Positions 29,200 through 39,442 of a DNA stretch of 39,451 bases are shown in pieces. Below the pieces are notes generated by a model, which did no database searches, was not told the DNA's origin, and saw only the letters and a list, made by a program, of their open reading frames with translations. The first letter of the stretch is position 1, and every line of letters begins with the position of its first letter. A program made the position numbers and the translations under genes. The stretch lies in sequence record PZ445455.1; one strand, written 5' to 3'. Origin of the DNA: a phage.

Positions 29200-29790
29200 A
29201 TGTGTTGGGCAGCCGCAATTCCTATCGCTATAGCTGGCGCTCAGGCTATCAGTGGTCAGAACGCTCAGGCAAAAATGATTGCCGCTCAGACCGCTGCTGG
29301 TCGTCGTCAAGCTATGGAAATCATGAGGCAGACGAACATCCAGAATGCTGACCTATCGTTGCAAGCTCGAAGTAAACTTGAGGAAGCGTCCTCTGAGTTG
29401 ACCTCACAGAACATGCAGAAGGTCCAAGCTATGGGGTCAATCCGAACGGCTATCGGAGAGAGTATGCTCGAAGGTGCCTCAATGGACCGCATTAAGCGAG
29501 TCACAGAAGGACAGTTCATTCGGGAGGCCAATATGGTAACTGAGAACTATCGCCGTGACTACCAAGCAATCTTCGCACAGCAACTTGGTGGCACTCAAAG
29601 TGCTGCAAGCCAGATTGACGAAATCTACAAGAGCGAGCAGAAACAGAAGAGTAAGCTACAGATGGTTCTGGACCCGCTGGCTGTCATGGGGTCTTCCGCT
29701 GCGAGTGCTTACGCATCCGGTGCGTTCGACTCTAAGTCCAAAACTAAGGCACCTATTGTTGCCGCTAAAGGAACCAAGACGGGGAGGTAA
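29200..29790 (+). CDS. 14: Internal core protein gp14
   Basis: 196 aa; matches T7 gp14. Confidence 0.93.
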   Translation: MCWAAAIPIAIAGAQAISGQNAQAKMIAAQTAAGRRQAMEIMRQTNIQNADLSLQARSKLEEASSELTSQNMQKVQAMGSIRTAIGESMLEGASMDRIKRVTEGQFIREANMVTENYRRDYQAIFAQQLGGTQSAASQIDEIYKSEQKQKSKLQMVLDPLAVMGSSAASAYASGAFDSKSKTKAPIVAAKGTKTGR

Positions 29791-29796
29791 TGAGCT

Positions 29797-32040
29797 ATGA
29801 GTAAAATTGAATCTGCCCTTCAAGCGGCACAACCTGGACTCTCTCGGTTACGTGGTGGGGCTGGCGGTATGGGCTATCGTGCAGCAACCACTCAAGCTGA
29901 ACAGCCAAAGTCCAGCCTATTGGACACCATTGGTCGGTTCGCTAAGGCTGGTGCCGATATGTATACCGCTAAGGAACAACGAGCGCGTGACCTAGCTGAT
30001 GAACGCTCTAACGAGATTATCCGTAAGTTGACCCCTGAGCAACGCCGAGAGGCTCTCAACAACGGGACCCTTCTGTATCAGGATGACCCATACGCTATGG
30101 AAGCACTACGAGTAAAGACTGGTCGTAACGCAGCGTACCTTGTGGACGATGACGTTATGCAGAAGGTCAAAGAGGGTGTCTTCCGTACTCGCGAAGAGAT
30201 GGAAGAGTATCGTCACAGTCGTCTTCAAGAGGGCGCTAAGGCATACGCTGAGCAGTTCGGTATTGACCCTGAGGACGTTGATTATCAGCGTGGTTTCAAC
30301 GGTGACATTACCGAGCGTAACATCTCACTGTATGGCGCACACGATAACTTCTTGAGCCAGCAAGCTCAGAAGGGTGCCATCATGAACAGCCGAGTGGAAC
30401 TCAACGGTGTCCTTCAAGACCCTGATATGCTGCGTCGTCCAGACTCTGCGGACTTCTTTGAGAAGTACATCGACAACGGTCTGGTTACTGGAGCAATCCC
30501 GTCTGACGCTCAGGCTACACAGCTTATAAGCCAAGCGTTCAGTGACGCTTCTAGCCGTGCTGGTGGTGCTGACTTCCTGATGCGAGTTGGTGACAAGAAG
30601 GTAACACTCAACGGAGCCACTACGACTTACCGAGAGTTGATGGGTGAGGAACAGTGGAATGCTCTAATGGTGACAGCACAACGCTCTCAGTTTGAGACTG
30701 ACGCTAAGCTGAACGAGCAGTATCGCTTGAAGATTAACTCTGCGCTGAACCAAGAGGACCCTCGTACTGCGTGGGAGATGCTTCAAGGTATCAAGGCTGA
30801 ACTAGATAAGGTCCAACCTGATGAGCAGATGACACCACAACGTGAGTGGCTAATCTCCGCACAGGAACAAGTTCAGAACCAGATGAACGCATGGACAAAA
30901 GCTCAGGCCAAGGCTCTGGACGACTCCATGAAGTCAATGAACAAACTTGACGTAATCGACAAGCAATTCCAGAAGCGAATCAACGGAGAGTGGGTCTCAA
31001 CGGACTTTAAGGATATGCCAGTCAACGAGAACACTGGTGAGTTTAAGCATAGCGATATGGTAAACTACGCCAATAAGAAACTCGCTGAGATTGACCGTAT
31101 GGACATTCCAGATGCTGCCAAGGACGCCATGAAGTTGAAGTACCTTCAAGCGGACTCTAAGGACGGTGCATTCCGTACAGCAATCGGGACTATGGTAACA
31201 GATGCTGGTCAAGAGTGGTCTGCCGCTGTGATTAACGGTAAGTTACCGGACAATACCCCAGCTTTGGATGCTCTACGCAGAATCCGCAATGCTGACCCTC
31301 AGTTGATTGCCGCTCTGTATCCTGACCAAGCTGAGTTATTCCTGACGATGGACATGATGGACAAGCAGGGTCTCGACCCTCAGCTTCTTCTTGACGCTGA
31401 CCGACTGACTGTTAAGCGGTCCAAAGAGCAACGCTTTGAGGACGATAAAGCATTCGAGTATGCACTGAATGCATCTAAGGCTCCTGAGATTGCCCGTATG
31501 CCAGCGTCACTGCGCGAATCTGCACGTAAGATTTACGACTCAGTTAAGTATCGCTCAGGGAACGAAAGTATGGCTATGGAGCAGATGACCAAGTTCCTTC
31601 AGGAATCTACCTACACGTTCACTGGTGATGATGTTGATGGTGATACCATTGGTGTGATTCCTAAGAATATGATGCAGGTTAACTCTGACCCGAAATCATG
31701 GGAGCAAGGTCGGGATATTCTGGAGGAAGCGCGTAAGGGAATCATTGCGAGCAACCAGTGGATAACCAATAAGCAACTGACCATGTATTCACAGGGTGAC
31801 TCCATTTACCTTATGGATACCACTGGTCAAGTCCGAGTCCGTTATGATAAAGAGTTACTCTCGAAGGTCTGGAGTGAGAACCAGAAGAAACTCGAAGAGA
31901 AAGCTCGTGAGAAGGCTCTGGCTGATGTGAACAAGCGAGCACCTATCGTTGCCGCAACGAAGGCCCGTGAAGCTGCTGCTAAACGAGTCAGAGAGAAACG
32001 TAAACAGACTCCGAAGTTCATTTACGGACGTAAGGAGTAA
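29797..32040 (+). CDS. 15: Internal core protein gp15
   Basis: 747 aa; matches T7 gp15. Confidence 0.95.
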   Translation: MSKIESALQAAQPGLSRLRGGAGGMGYRAATTQAEQPKSSLLDTIGRFAKAGADMYTAKEQRARDLADERSNEIIRKLTPEQRREALNNGTLLYQDDPYAMEALRVKTGRNAAYLVDDDVMQKVKEGVFRTREEMEEYRHSRLQEGAKAYAEQFGIDPEDVDYQRGFNGDITERNISLYGAHDNFLSQQAQKGAIMNSRVELNGVLQDPDMLRRPDSADFFEKYIDNGLVTGAIPSDAQATQLISQAFSDASSRAGGADFLMRVGDKKVTLNGATTTYRELMGEEQWNALMVTAQRSQFETDAKLNEQYRLKINSALNQEDPRTAWEMLQGIKAELDKVQPDEQMTPQREWLISAQEQVQNQMNAWTKAQAKALDDSMKSMNKLDVIDKQFQKRINGEWVSTDFKDMPVNENTGEFKHSDMVNYANKKLAEIDRMDIPDAAKDAMKLKYLQADSKDGAFRTAIGTMVTDAGQEWSAAVINGKLPDNTPALDALRRIRNADPQLIAALYPDQAELFLTMDMMDKQGLDPQLLLDADRLTVKRSKEQRFEDDKAFEYALNASKAPEIARMPASLRESARKIYDSVKYRSGNESMAMEQMTKFLQESTYTFTGDDVDGDTIGVIPKNMMQVNSDPKSWEQGRDILEEARKGIIASNQWITNKQLTMYSQGDSIYLMDTTGQVRVRYDKELLSKVWSENQKKLEEKAREKALADVNKRAPIVAATKAREAAAKRVREKRKQTPKFIYGRKE

Positions 32041-32066
32041 CTAAAGGCTACATAAGGAGGCCCTAA

Positions 32067-35000
32067 ATGGATAAGTACGATAAGAACGTACCAAGTGATT
32101 ATGATGGTCTGTTCCAAAAGGCGGCTGATGCCAACGGGGTCTCTTATGACCTTTTACGTAAAGTCGCTTGGACAGAATCACGATTTGTGCCTACAGCAAA
32201 ATCTAAGACTGGACCATTAGGCATGATGCAATTTACCAAGGCAACAGCTAAGGCCCTAGGTCTGAGAGTTACCGATGGTCCAGACGACGACCGACTGAAC
32301 CCTGAGTTAGCCATCAATGCTGCCGCTAAGCACCTTGCAGGTCTGGTGGGTAAATTCGATGGTGACGAACTCAAAGCTGCCCTTGCGTACAACCAAGGCG
32401 AGGGACGCTTGGGTAATCCACAACTTGAGGCGTACTCTAGGGGAGACTTCGCATCCATCTCTGAGGAGGGGCGTAACTACATGCGTAACCTTCTGGATGT
32501 TGCCAAGTCGCCTATGGCTGGACAGTTGGAAACTTTTGGTGGCATAACCCCAAAGGGTAAAGGTATTCCGGCTGAGGTAGGATTGGCTGGAATTGGTCAC
32601 AAGCAGAAAGTAACACAGGAACTTCCTGAGTCCACAAGTTTTGACGTCAAGGGTATCGAACAGGAGGCTCCGGCGAAACCATTCGCCAAGGACTTTTGGG
32701 AGACCCACGGAGAAACACTTGACGAGTACAACAGTCGTTCAACCTTCTTCGGATTCAAAGACGCTGCCGAAGCTGAACTCTCCAACTCAGTCGCTGGAAT
32801 GGCTTTCCGTGCTGGTCGTCTCGATAATGGTTTTGATGTGTTTAAAGACACCATTACGCCGACTCGCTGGAACTCTCACATCTGGACTCCAGAAGAGTTA
32901 GAGAAGATTCGAACCGAGGTTAAGAACCCTGCGTATATCAACGTGGTAACTGGTGGTTCCCCTGAGAATCTTGACGACCTCATTAAGCTGGCTAACGATA
33001 ACTTTGAGAATGACTCACGCGCTGCCGAAGCTGGACTTGGTGCCAAACTGAGTGCTGGCGTTATTGGTGCTGGTGTGGACCCACTCAGCTATGTTCCTAT
33101 GGTCGGTGTAACTGGTAAGGGCTTTAAGTTAATCAATAAGGCTCTTGTAGTTGGTGCCGAAAGTGCTGCTCTGAACGTTGCATCCGAAGGTCTCCGCACC
33201 TCCGTAGCTGGTGGTGACGCAGACTATGCTGGTGCGGCCTTAGGTGGCTTTTTGTTTGGCGCTGGTATGTCTGCAATCAGTGACGCTGTAGCTGCTGGTC
33301 TGAAACGTAGCAAACCAGAAGCTGAGTTCGATAATGAGTTCATTGGCCCTATGATGCGATTGGAAGCCCGTGAGACAGCGCGTAACGCCAACTCTGCGGA
33401 CCTCTCTCGTATGAACACTGAGAACATGAAGTTTGAAGGTGAACATAATGGTGTCCCTTATGAGGACTTACCAACAGAGAGAGGTGCCGTGGTGTTACAT
33501 GATGGCTCCGTTCTAAGTGCAAGCAACCCAATCAACCCTAAGACTCTCCAAGAGTTCTCCGAGGTTGACCCTGAGAAGGCCGCACGAGGAATAAAACTTG
33601 CTGGGTTCACCGAGATTGGCTTGAAGACCTTGGGGTCTGACGATGCTGACATCCGTAGAGTGGCTATCGACCTCGTTCGCTCTCCTACTGGTATGCAGTC
33701 TGGTGCCTCAGGTAAGTTCGGTGCAACAGCTTCTGACATCCATGAGAGACTTCGTGGTACCGACCAGCGTACTTACAATGACCTGTACAAAGCAATGTCT
33801 GACGCTATGAAAGACCCTGAGTTCTCTACTGGCGGCGCTAAGATGTCCCGTGAAGAAACTCGCTACACTATCTACCGTAGAGCGGCACTAGCTATTGAGC
33901 GTCCAGAACTACAGAAGGTACTCACTCCGTCTGAGAGAATCGTTATGGACATCATTAAGCGTCACTTTGACACCAAGCGTGAACTCATGGAGAACCCAGC
34001 AATCTTCGGTAATACGAAGGCTGTTAGTATCTTCCCTGAGAGTCGTCACAAGGGAACATACGTTCCTCATGTTTATGACCGCCATGCTAAGGCGTTGATG
34101 ATTCAACGGTATGGTGCCGAAGGTTTACAGGAGGCCATCAAGAAGTCATGGCTAGCAAGCTATGTGTCAAGACCTGAAGTCAAGGCACGAGTGGACGAGA
34201 TGCTGGCAGGGCAGTTACGGGCATCTCAACCAACAGGTAAGACTGCGGGTACTACACCTAATAAGCACTCTTCTGTCGACACAGCCCGTTACCAGATGAA
34301 ACTGGACGATGCAGCTACACAGGCAAGTGATAAGGTATCGGAACTAAAAGACGTCCTGACCAACGCTGAGAAGCGAGTTGCGGACCGTGAAAGGAAACTC
34401 CAGAACTCCAAGGACAGACTAGCTTCGCATGAGGCTAAGCTGAAGGAGTTGGAAGAAAAACTAGCTGCTAAACCTAATAGCAAAACCCTTCCTGTTAAGA
34501 TTGAGAGCCGGAAGCAGATGATTGAGACCCAGAAGTCTCACGTCCGTATTAACACAGAGCGTCTCGACTACATGAAAGGACAGGCTGCTAGGGTCCAAGA
34601 CAGAATCACCAAAGCCGCCGCCGAAGCTGAAGCAGCCGCCTCCGCTGCCAAAGGGCAGAAGACTACTGTTGGCGGTGAGGACACTACTGCTGGTGAGGCT
34701 ATATTAGGTAACGCACCTCAATCAGTACAAGAGGTGACTATGGACATGGTCGAGAAGTACGCTATGGACAAGGCATATGGTATCTCCCACTCTGACCAGT
34801 TCTCCAACAGCTCCGTAATTGAAGAGAACATTGAGGGCCTAGTAGGTATTGAGAACAACTCGTTCCTTGAAGCCCGTAACTTGTTTGATTCTGACATATC
34901 TATCACAATGCCGGACGGACAACAGTTTGCGGTGAACGACCTAAGGGACTTCGATATGTTCCGCATCATGCCAGCGTATGACCGCCGTATCAACGGCGAC

Positions 35001-36527
35001 ATCGCCATCATGGGGTCTACCGGTAAAACCACTAAGGAACTTAAGGATGAGATTTTGGCTCTCAAAGCGAAAGCTGAGGGAGACGGTAAGAAGACAGGCG
35101 AGGTCCATGCTCTCATGGATACCATTAAGATTCTTACTGGTCGTGCTCGACGCAATCAGGACACTGTGTGGGAAACCTCACTGCGTTCCATCAATGACCT
35201 AGGGTTCTTCGCTAAGAACGCCTATATGGGTGCTCAGAACCTTACGGAGATTGCTGGGATGATTGCCACGGGTAACGTGCGTGCTCTTGGTCACGGTATC
35301 CCAATTCTACGCGATACCCTCTACAAGTCTAAACCAGTTTCCGCTAAGGAACTCAAGGAACTCCATGCGTCTCTATTCGGGAAGGAGGTGGACCAGTTGA
35401 TTCGCCCTAAACGTGCTGACATTGTGCAGCGCCTAAGGGAAGCTACTGATACCGGACCTGCTGTGGCGAACATCGTAGGGACCTTGAAGTATTCCACACA
35501 GGAACTGGCTGCTCGCTCTCCGTGGACTAAGATGCTGAACGGAACCACTAACTACCTTCTTGATGCTGCGCGTCAAGGTATGCTTGGGGACGTTATCAGT
35601 GCCACCTTAACAGGTAAGACTACCCGTTGGGAGAAAGAGGGATTCCTTCGGGGTGCCTCTGTGACCCCTGAGCAGATGGCTGGCATCAAGTCTCTCATCA
35701 AGGAACACATGGTACGCGGTGAGGACGGTAAGTTTACCGTTAAGGACAAGCAAGCGTTCTCTATGGACCCTCGCGCTATGGACTTATGGCGACTTGCTGA
35801 CAAGGTAGCTGATGAGGCAATGCTGCGTCCGCATAAGGTGTCCTTACAGGATTCCCATGCGTTCGGGGCATTAGGGAAGATGGTCATGCAGTTTAAGTCC
35901 TTCACTATCAAATCCCTTAACTCTAAGTTCCTGCGAACCTTCTACGACGGGTACAAGAACAACCGAGCGATTGACGCTGCGCTGACTGGCATTATCTCTA
36001 TGGGTCTCGCTGGTGGTTACTACGCTATGGCTGCACACGTCAAAGCGTATGGAATGCCTAAGGAGAAACGTAAAGAATACTTGGAGCGTGCATTGGACCC
36101 AACCATGATTGCCCATGCTTCGTTGTCTCGTAGTTCTCAATTGGGCGCTCCTTTGGCTATGGCTGACCTAGTTGGCGGTGTCTTAGGGTTCGAGTCCTCC
36201 AAGATGGCTCGCTCTACGATTCTACCTAAGGACACCATGAAGGAACGTGACCCAAACAAACCGTACACCTCAAGAGAGGTAATGGGAGCTATGGGTTCGA
36301 ACCTTCTGGAGCAGATGCCTTCCGCTGGCTTTGTGGCTAACGTAGGGGCTACCTTAATGAATGCTGCTGGTGTGGTTAATTCACCTAACAAGGCAACCGA
36401 GCAGGACTTCATGACTGGCTTGATGAACTCTACCAAAGAGTTGGTCCCTAACGACCCTCTTACTCAACAGCTTGTTATGAAAATTTATGAGGCCAATGGT
36501 GTTAACTTGAGGGAGCGTCGGAAATAA
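32067..36527 (+). CDS. 16: Internal core / ejection protein gp16 with N-terminal lytic transglycosylase domain; contains about 175-aa insertion
   Basis: 1486 aa versus 1318 in T7; N-terminal transglycosylase region (TESRF...GPLGMMQFTKAT) and rest collinear with T7 gp16 except segment 34206-34730. Confidence 0.95.
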   Translation: MDKYDKNVPSDYDGLFQKAADANGVSYDLLRKVAWTESRFVPTAKSKTGPLGMMQFTKATAKALGLRVTDGPDDDRLNPELAINAAAKHLAGLVGKFDGDELKAALAYNQGEGRLGNPQLEAYSRGDFASISEEGRNYMRNLLDVAKSPMAGQLETFGGITPKGKGIPAEVGLAGIGHKQKVTQELPESTSFDVKGIEQEAPAKPFAKDFWETHGETLDEYNSRSTFFGFKDAAEAELSNSVAGMAFRAGRLDNGFDVFKDTITPTRWNSHIWTPEELEKIRTEVKNPAYINVVTGGSPENLDDLIKLANDNFENDSRAAEAGLGAKLSAGVIGAGVDPLSYVPMVGVTGKGFKLINKALVVGAESAALNVASEGLRTSVAGGDADYAGAALGGFLFGAGMSAISDAVAAGLKRSKPEAEFDNEFIGPMMRLEARETARNANSADLSRMNTENMKFEGEHNGVPYEDLPTERGAVVLHDGSVLSASNPINPKTLQEFSEVDPEKAARGIKLAGFTEIGLKTLGSDDADIRRVAIDLVRSPTGMQSGASGKFGATASDIHERLRGTDQRTYNDLYKAMSDAMKDPEFSTGGAKMSREETRYTIYRRAALAIERPELQKVLTPSERIVMDIIKRHFDTKRELMENPAIFGNTKAVSIFPESRHKGTYVPHVYDRHAKALMIQRYGAEGLQEAIKKSWLASYVSRPEVKARVDEMLAGQLRASQPTGKTAGTTPNKHSSVDTARYQMKLDDAATQASDKVSELKDVLTNAEKRVADRERKLQNSKDRLASHEAKLKELEEKLAAKPNSKTLPVKIESRKQMIETQKSHVRINTERLDYMKGQAARVQDRITKAAAEAEAAASAAKGQKTTVGGEDTTAGEAILGNAPQSVQEVTMDMVEKYAMDKAYGISHSDQFSNSSVIEENIEGLVGIENNSFLEARNLFDSDISITMPDGQQFAVNDLRDFDMFRIMPAYDRRINGDIAIMGSTGKTTKELKDEILALKAKAEGDGKKTGEVHALMDTIKILTGRARRNQDTVWETSLRSINDLGFFAKNAYMGAQNLTEIAGMIATGNVRALGHGIPILRDTLYKSKPVSAKELKELHASLFGKEVDQLIRPKRADIVQRLREATDTGPAVANIVGTLKYSTQELAARSPWTKMLNGTTNYLLDAARQGMLGDVISATLTGKTTRWEKEGFLRGASVTPEQMAGIKSLIKEHMVRGEDGKFTVKDKQAFSMDPRAMDLWRLADKVADEAMLRPHKVSLQDSHAFGALGKMVMQFKSFTIKSLNSKFLRTFYDGYKNNRAIDAALTGIISMGLAGGYYAMAAHVKAYGMPKEKRKEYLERALDPTMIAHASLSRSSQLGAPLAMADLVGGVLGFESSKMARSTILPKDTMKERDPNKPYTSREVMGAMGSNLLEQMPSAGFVANVGATLMNAAGVVNSPNKATEQDFMTGLMNSTKELVPNDPLTQQLVMKIYEANGVNLRERRK

Positions 36528-36547
36528 TACGACTCACTATAGGGAGA
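36525..36547 (+). promoter_or_regulatory. Phage promoter phi17
   Basis: taatacgactcactatagggaga; overlaps gene 16 stop. Confidence 0.9.
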
Positions 36548-36599
36548 GGTGAAAGAATCTTCTCCCTGTAGTCTCTTAGATTTACTTTAAGGAGGTCAA

Positions 36600-38399
36600 A
36601 TGGCTAACGTAATTAAAACCGTTTTGACTTACCAGTTAGATGGCTCCAATCGTGATTTTAATATCCCGTTTGAGTATCTAGCCCGTAAGTTCGTAGTGGT
36701 AACTCTTATTGGTGTAGACCGCAAGGTCCTTACGATTAATACAGACTACCGTTTTGCTACGCGTACTACCATCTCACTGACCAAGGCTTGGGGTCCGGCA
36801 GATGGCTACACTACCATCGAGTTACGTCGAGTAACCTCCACGACCGACCGCTTGGTTGACTTTACGGACGGCTCAATCCTCCGTGCGTATGACCTTAACG
36901 TTGCTCAGATTCAAACGATGCACGTAGCAGAAGAGGCCCGTGACCTAACTGCCGATACTATCGGTGTCAATAATGATGGTCACTTGGATGCGCGCGGTCG
37001 TCGAATTGTCAACCTAGCGAACGCCGTGGATGACCGTGATGCTGTTCCGTTTGGTCAACTTAAGACCATGAACCAGAACTCGTGGCAAGCACGTAATGAG
37101 GCCCTTCAGTTCCGTAATGAGGCTGAGACTTTCAGAAATCAAGCGGAGGGCTTTAAAACTGAGTCAGGTGCTAATGCTACTAATACGAAGCAGTGGCGTG
37201 ATGATGCTAAGGGGTTCCGAGATGAAGCCGAGCAGTTCAAGAATACGGCTGGTCAATATGCTACATCTGCTGGGAACTCTGCTACTGCTGCGCATCAATC
37301 TGAGGTAAACGCTGAGAACTCTGCCACAGCATCCGCTAACTCTGCCCATTCGGCAGAACAGCAAGCAGACCGCGCTAAGAGCGAGGCTGATAAGCTGGCG
37401 AATAATAATGCGTTCGCGGGGACGCTACACTCTATAACCCCAGATAACCCTGCTGTAATGGGCTCAGGTACTGTTACCTTCAAGTCGTCCTATGCGGTGA
37501 ATGCTCCAATACTTAGGGCGACAAAAGGTGGCATGTCTCTGGGGAGCGATAGAGTTGATGGAGATGGTACCTCCACGTTCATCAACTTCTACAAAGACTC
37601 TAGAAACACTGTAGGTAGTATTCAAGTAGGAGATGACGGCACATTCACCATAAATTCCAACGGCTGGACGAAACTCGCTGGCAGCGTCACACAGGTGAAC
37701 CAGCTGCGTTCTGGATACTCAGAGGTTACAGTAAACAACAACAATGTAGCCGTCCACGCCAGAGCAACAAATCTCAGTTGGGATGATGGTCAGACAAACG
37801 CAGTATATAACAGATACACGATTGCAGGACGAGGGTCTAGCGTCGAAGGGGTAGATGGAGCGATAATGGATTTTGGCATACGAGAGATAGTAGGTAACAG
37901 GTATGAGGCATATATGTGGGTAGCAGGCTTTGGTAGATCAGCTGTGTGGACATTTGGTCATACTGGCACGTTCACCAGCCCAGCCGATATAGTAGCCAAC
38001 GGGTCGTTAGTCGCTGGTAACAGTCTACGTATTGGGACATGTACCCACGCTTCCGATGGCAACATTTTTGGCTCTATCTGGGGTAACGATTGGTTAAGCA
38101 ATTACCTAAACAGGTCGTTTAAAAGGAAAACCAAAGAATGGACTTCGGTGTGGAATGGGAGAATAGGTGCTGGAGGTGTAGCATGGCTGACCCAAGATGT
38201 ACGTTTTAGAACCATTTGGATACGCACAGAGGCCCGGCCTTCTACGTGGACGCCAATTCAACTGGGCCCTGATGGGATGTACATGGCGCGACCTGACCCT
38301 GGCTGGATTCGGTTCACACTGGCTAACAATGGTACGTCCATAACCAACAACCAAGATGATAACTCTGTTCCTATCGAGATTGCCGTAGAGAATGAGTAA
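36600..38399 (+). CDS. 17: Tail fiber protein gp17 with divergent distal (receptor-binding) domain
   Basis: 599 aa; first about 260 aa near-identical to T7 gp17; remainder divergent but retains scattered gp17 tip motifs and C-terminal ...VENE. Confidence 0.93.
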   Translation: MANVIKTVLTYQLDGSNRDFNIPFEYLARKFVVVTLIGVDRKVLTINTDYRFATRTTISLTKAWGPADGYTTIELRRVTSTTDRLVDFTDGSILRAYDLNVAQIQTMHVAEEARDLTADTIGVNNDGHLDARGRRIVNLANAVDDRDAVPFGQLKTMNQNSWQARNEALQFRNEAETFRNQAEGFKTESGANATNTKQWRDDAKGFRDEAEQFKNTAGQYATSAGNSATAAHQSEVNAENSATASANSAHSAEQQADRAKSEADKLANNNAFAGTLHSITPDNPAVMGSGTVTFKSSYAVNAPILRATKGGMSLGSDRVDGDGTSTFINFYKDSRNTVGSIQVGDDGTFTINSNGWTKLAGSVTQVNQLRSGYSEVTVNNNNVAVHARATNLSWDDGQTNAVYNRYTIAGRGSSVEGVDGAIMDFGIREIVGNRYEAYMWVAGFGRSAVWTFGHTGTFTSPADIVANGSLVAGNSLRIGTCTHASDGNIFGSIWGNDWLSNYLNRSFKRKTKEWTSVWNGRIGAGGVAWLTQDVRFRTIWIRTEARPSTWTPIQLGPDGMYMARPDPGWIRFTLANNGTSITNNQDDNSVPIEIAVENE

Positions 38400-38427
38400 T
38401 CATTCACGTAAACCTTAGGAGGACAGT

Positions 38428-38631
38428 ATGTTAAGCCTAGACTTTAACAACGAAGTCATAAAGGCGGCTCCGATTGCGGGTACTGCGGTTACTGATGTGG
38501 CTACCCGCTACTTCTTCGGATTGTCGTTAAACGAATGGTTCTATGTTGCTGCTATCGCCTACACAGTAGTTCAGATTGGTGCTAAGGTAGTCGATAAAGT
38601 GATTGATTGGAAGAAAGCCAATAAGGAGTAG
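38428..38631 (+). CDS. 17.5: Holin (gp17.5)
   Basis: 67 aa MLSLDFNNEVIKAAPIAGTAVTDVATRYFFGLSLNEWFYVAAIAYTVVQIGAKVVDKVIDWKKANKE; matches T7 holin. Confidence 0.9.
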   Translation: MLSLDFNNEVIKAAPIAGTAVTDVATRYFFGLSLNEWFYVAAIAYTVVQIGAKVVDKVIDWKKANKE

Positions 38632-38634
38632 CAC

Positions 38635-38904
38635 ATGGATAAAGATAAGAGTCTCATTACGTTCCTAGAGATGTTGGACACTGCGATGGCTCAGCGAATG
38701 CTGGCAGACCTCTCGAATGAAGAGAAGCGTAGTCCTCAACTCTACAACGCTATTAACAAACTGTTAGACCGCCACAAGTTCCAAATCGGTAAGCTGCAAC
38801 CTGACGTCCACATTCTAGGTGGCCTCGCTGGTGCTCTTGAGGAGTACAAAGAGAAAGTCGGTGACAGTGGACTTACGGACGACGACTTGTACACGTTACA
38901 GTGA
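38635..38904 (+). CDS. 18: Terminase small subunit (gp18)
   Basis: 89 aa; matches T7 gp18. Confidence 0.92.
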   Translation: MDKDKSLITFLEMLDTAMAQRMLADLSNEEKRSPQLYNAINKLLDRHKFQIGKLQPDVHILGGLAGALEEYKEKVGDSGLTDDDLYTLQ

Positions 38905-38905
38905 C

Positions 38906-38940
38906 ATACTCAAGGTCCTACATATTGGGGCCTTTATGGA
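38906..38940 (+). promoter_or_regulatory. RNase III hairpin R18.5
   Basis: atactcaaggtcctacatattggggcctttatgga. Confidence 0.6.
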
Positions 38941-38998
38941 TGTCATTGTCTACACGAGATGCTCCTACCGTGAAATCTGAAAGTTAACGGGAGGCATT

Positions 38999-39442
38999 AT
39001 GCTAGAATTTTTACGTAAGCTAATCCCTTGGGTTCTCGCTGGGATGCTATTCGGATTAGGATGGCATCTAGGGTCATACTCAATGGACGCTAAATGGAAA
39101 CAGGAGGTACACAATGAGTACGTTAAGAGAGTTGAGGCTGCGAAGAGCACTCAAAGAGCAATCGATGCGGTATCGGCTAAGTATCAAGAAGACCTTGCCG
39201 CGCTGGAAGGGAGCACTGATAGGATTATTTCTGATTTGCGTAGCGACAATAAGCGGTTGCGCGTCAGAATCAAAACTACCGGAACCTCCGATGGTCAGTG
39301 TGGATTCGAGCCTGATGGTCGAGCCGAACTTGACGACCGAGATGCTAAGCGTATTCTCGCAGTGACCCAGAAGGGTGACGCATGGATTCGTGCGTTACAG
39401 GATACTATTCGTGAACTGCAACGTAAGCAGGAAATCAAGTAA
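38999..39442 (+). CDS. 18.5: i-spanin (Rz-like, gp18.5)
   Basis: 147 aa with N-terminal TM segment and coiled-coil periplasmic domain; matches T7 gp18.5. Confidence 0.9.
   Translation: MLEFLRKLIPWVLAGMLFGLGWHLGSYSMDAKWKQEVHNEYVKRVEAAKSTQRAIDAVSAKYQEDLAALEGSTDRIISDLRSDNKRLRVRIKTTGTSDGQCGFEPDGRAELDDRDAKRILAVTQKGDAWIRALQDTIRELQRKQEIK
39114..39365 (+). CDS. 18.7: o-spanin (Rz1-like lipoprotein, gp18.7) embedded in the +1 frame of gene 18.5
   Basis: 83 aa with lipobox-like LICVATISGC; near-identical to T7 gp18.7. Confidence 0.85.
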   Translation: MSTLRELRLRRALKEQSMRYRLSIKKTLPRWKGALIGLFLICVATISGCASESKLPEPPMVSVDSSLMVEPNLTTEMLSVFSQ

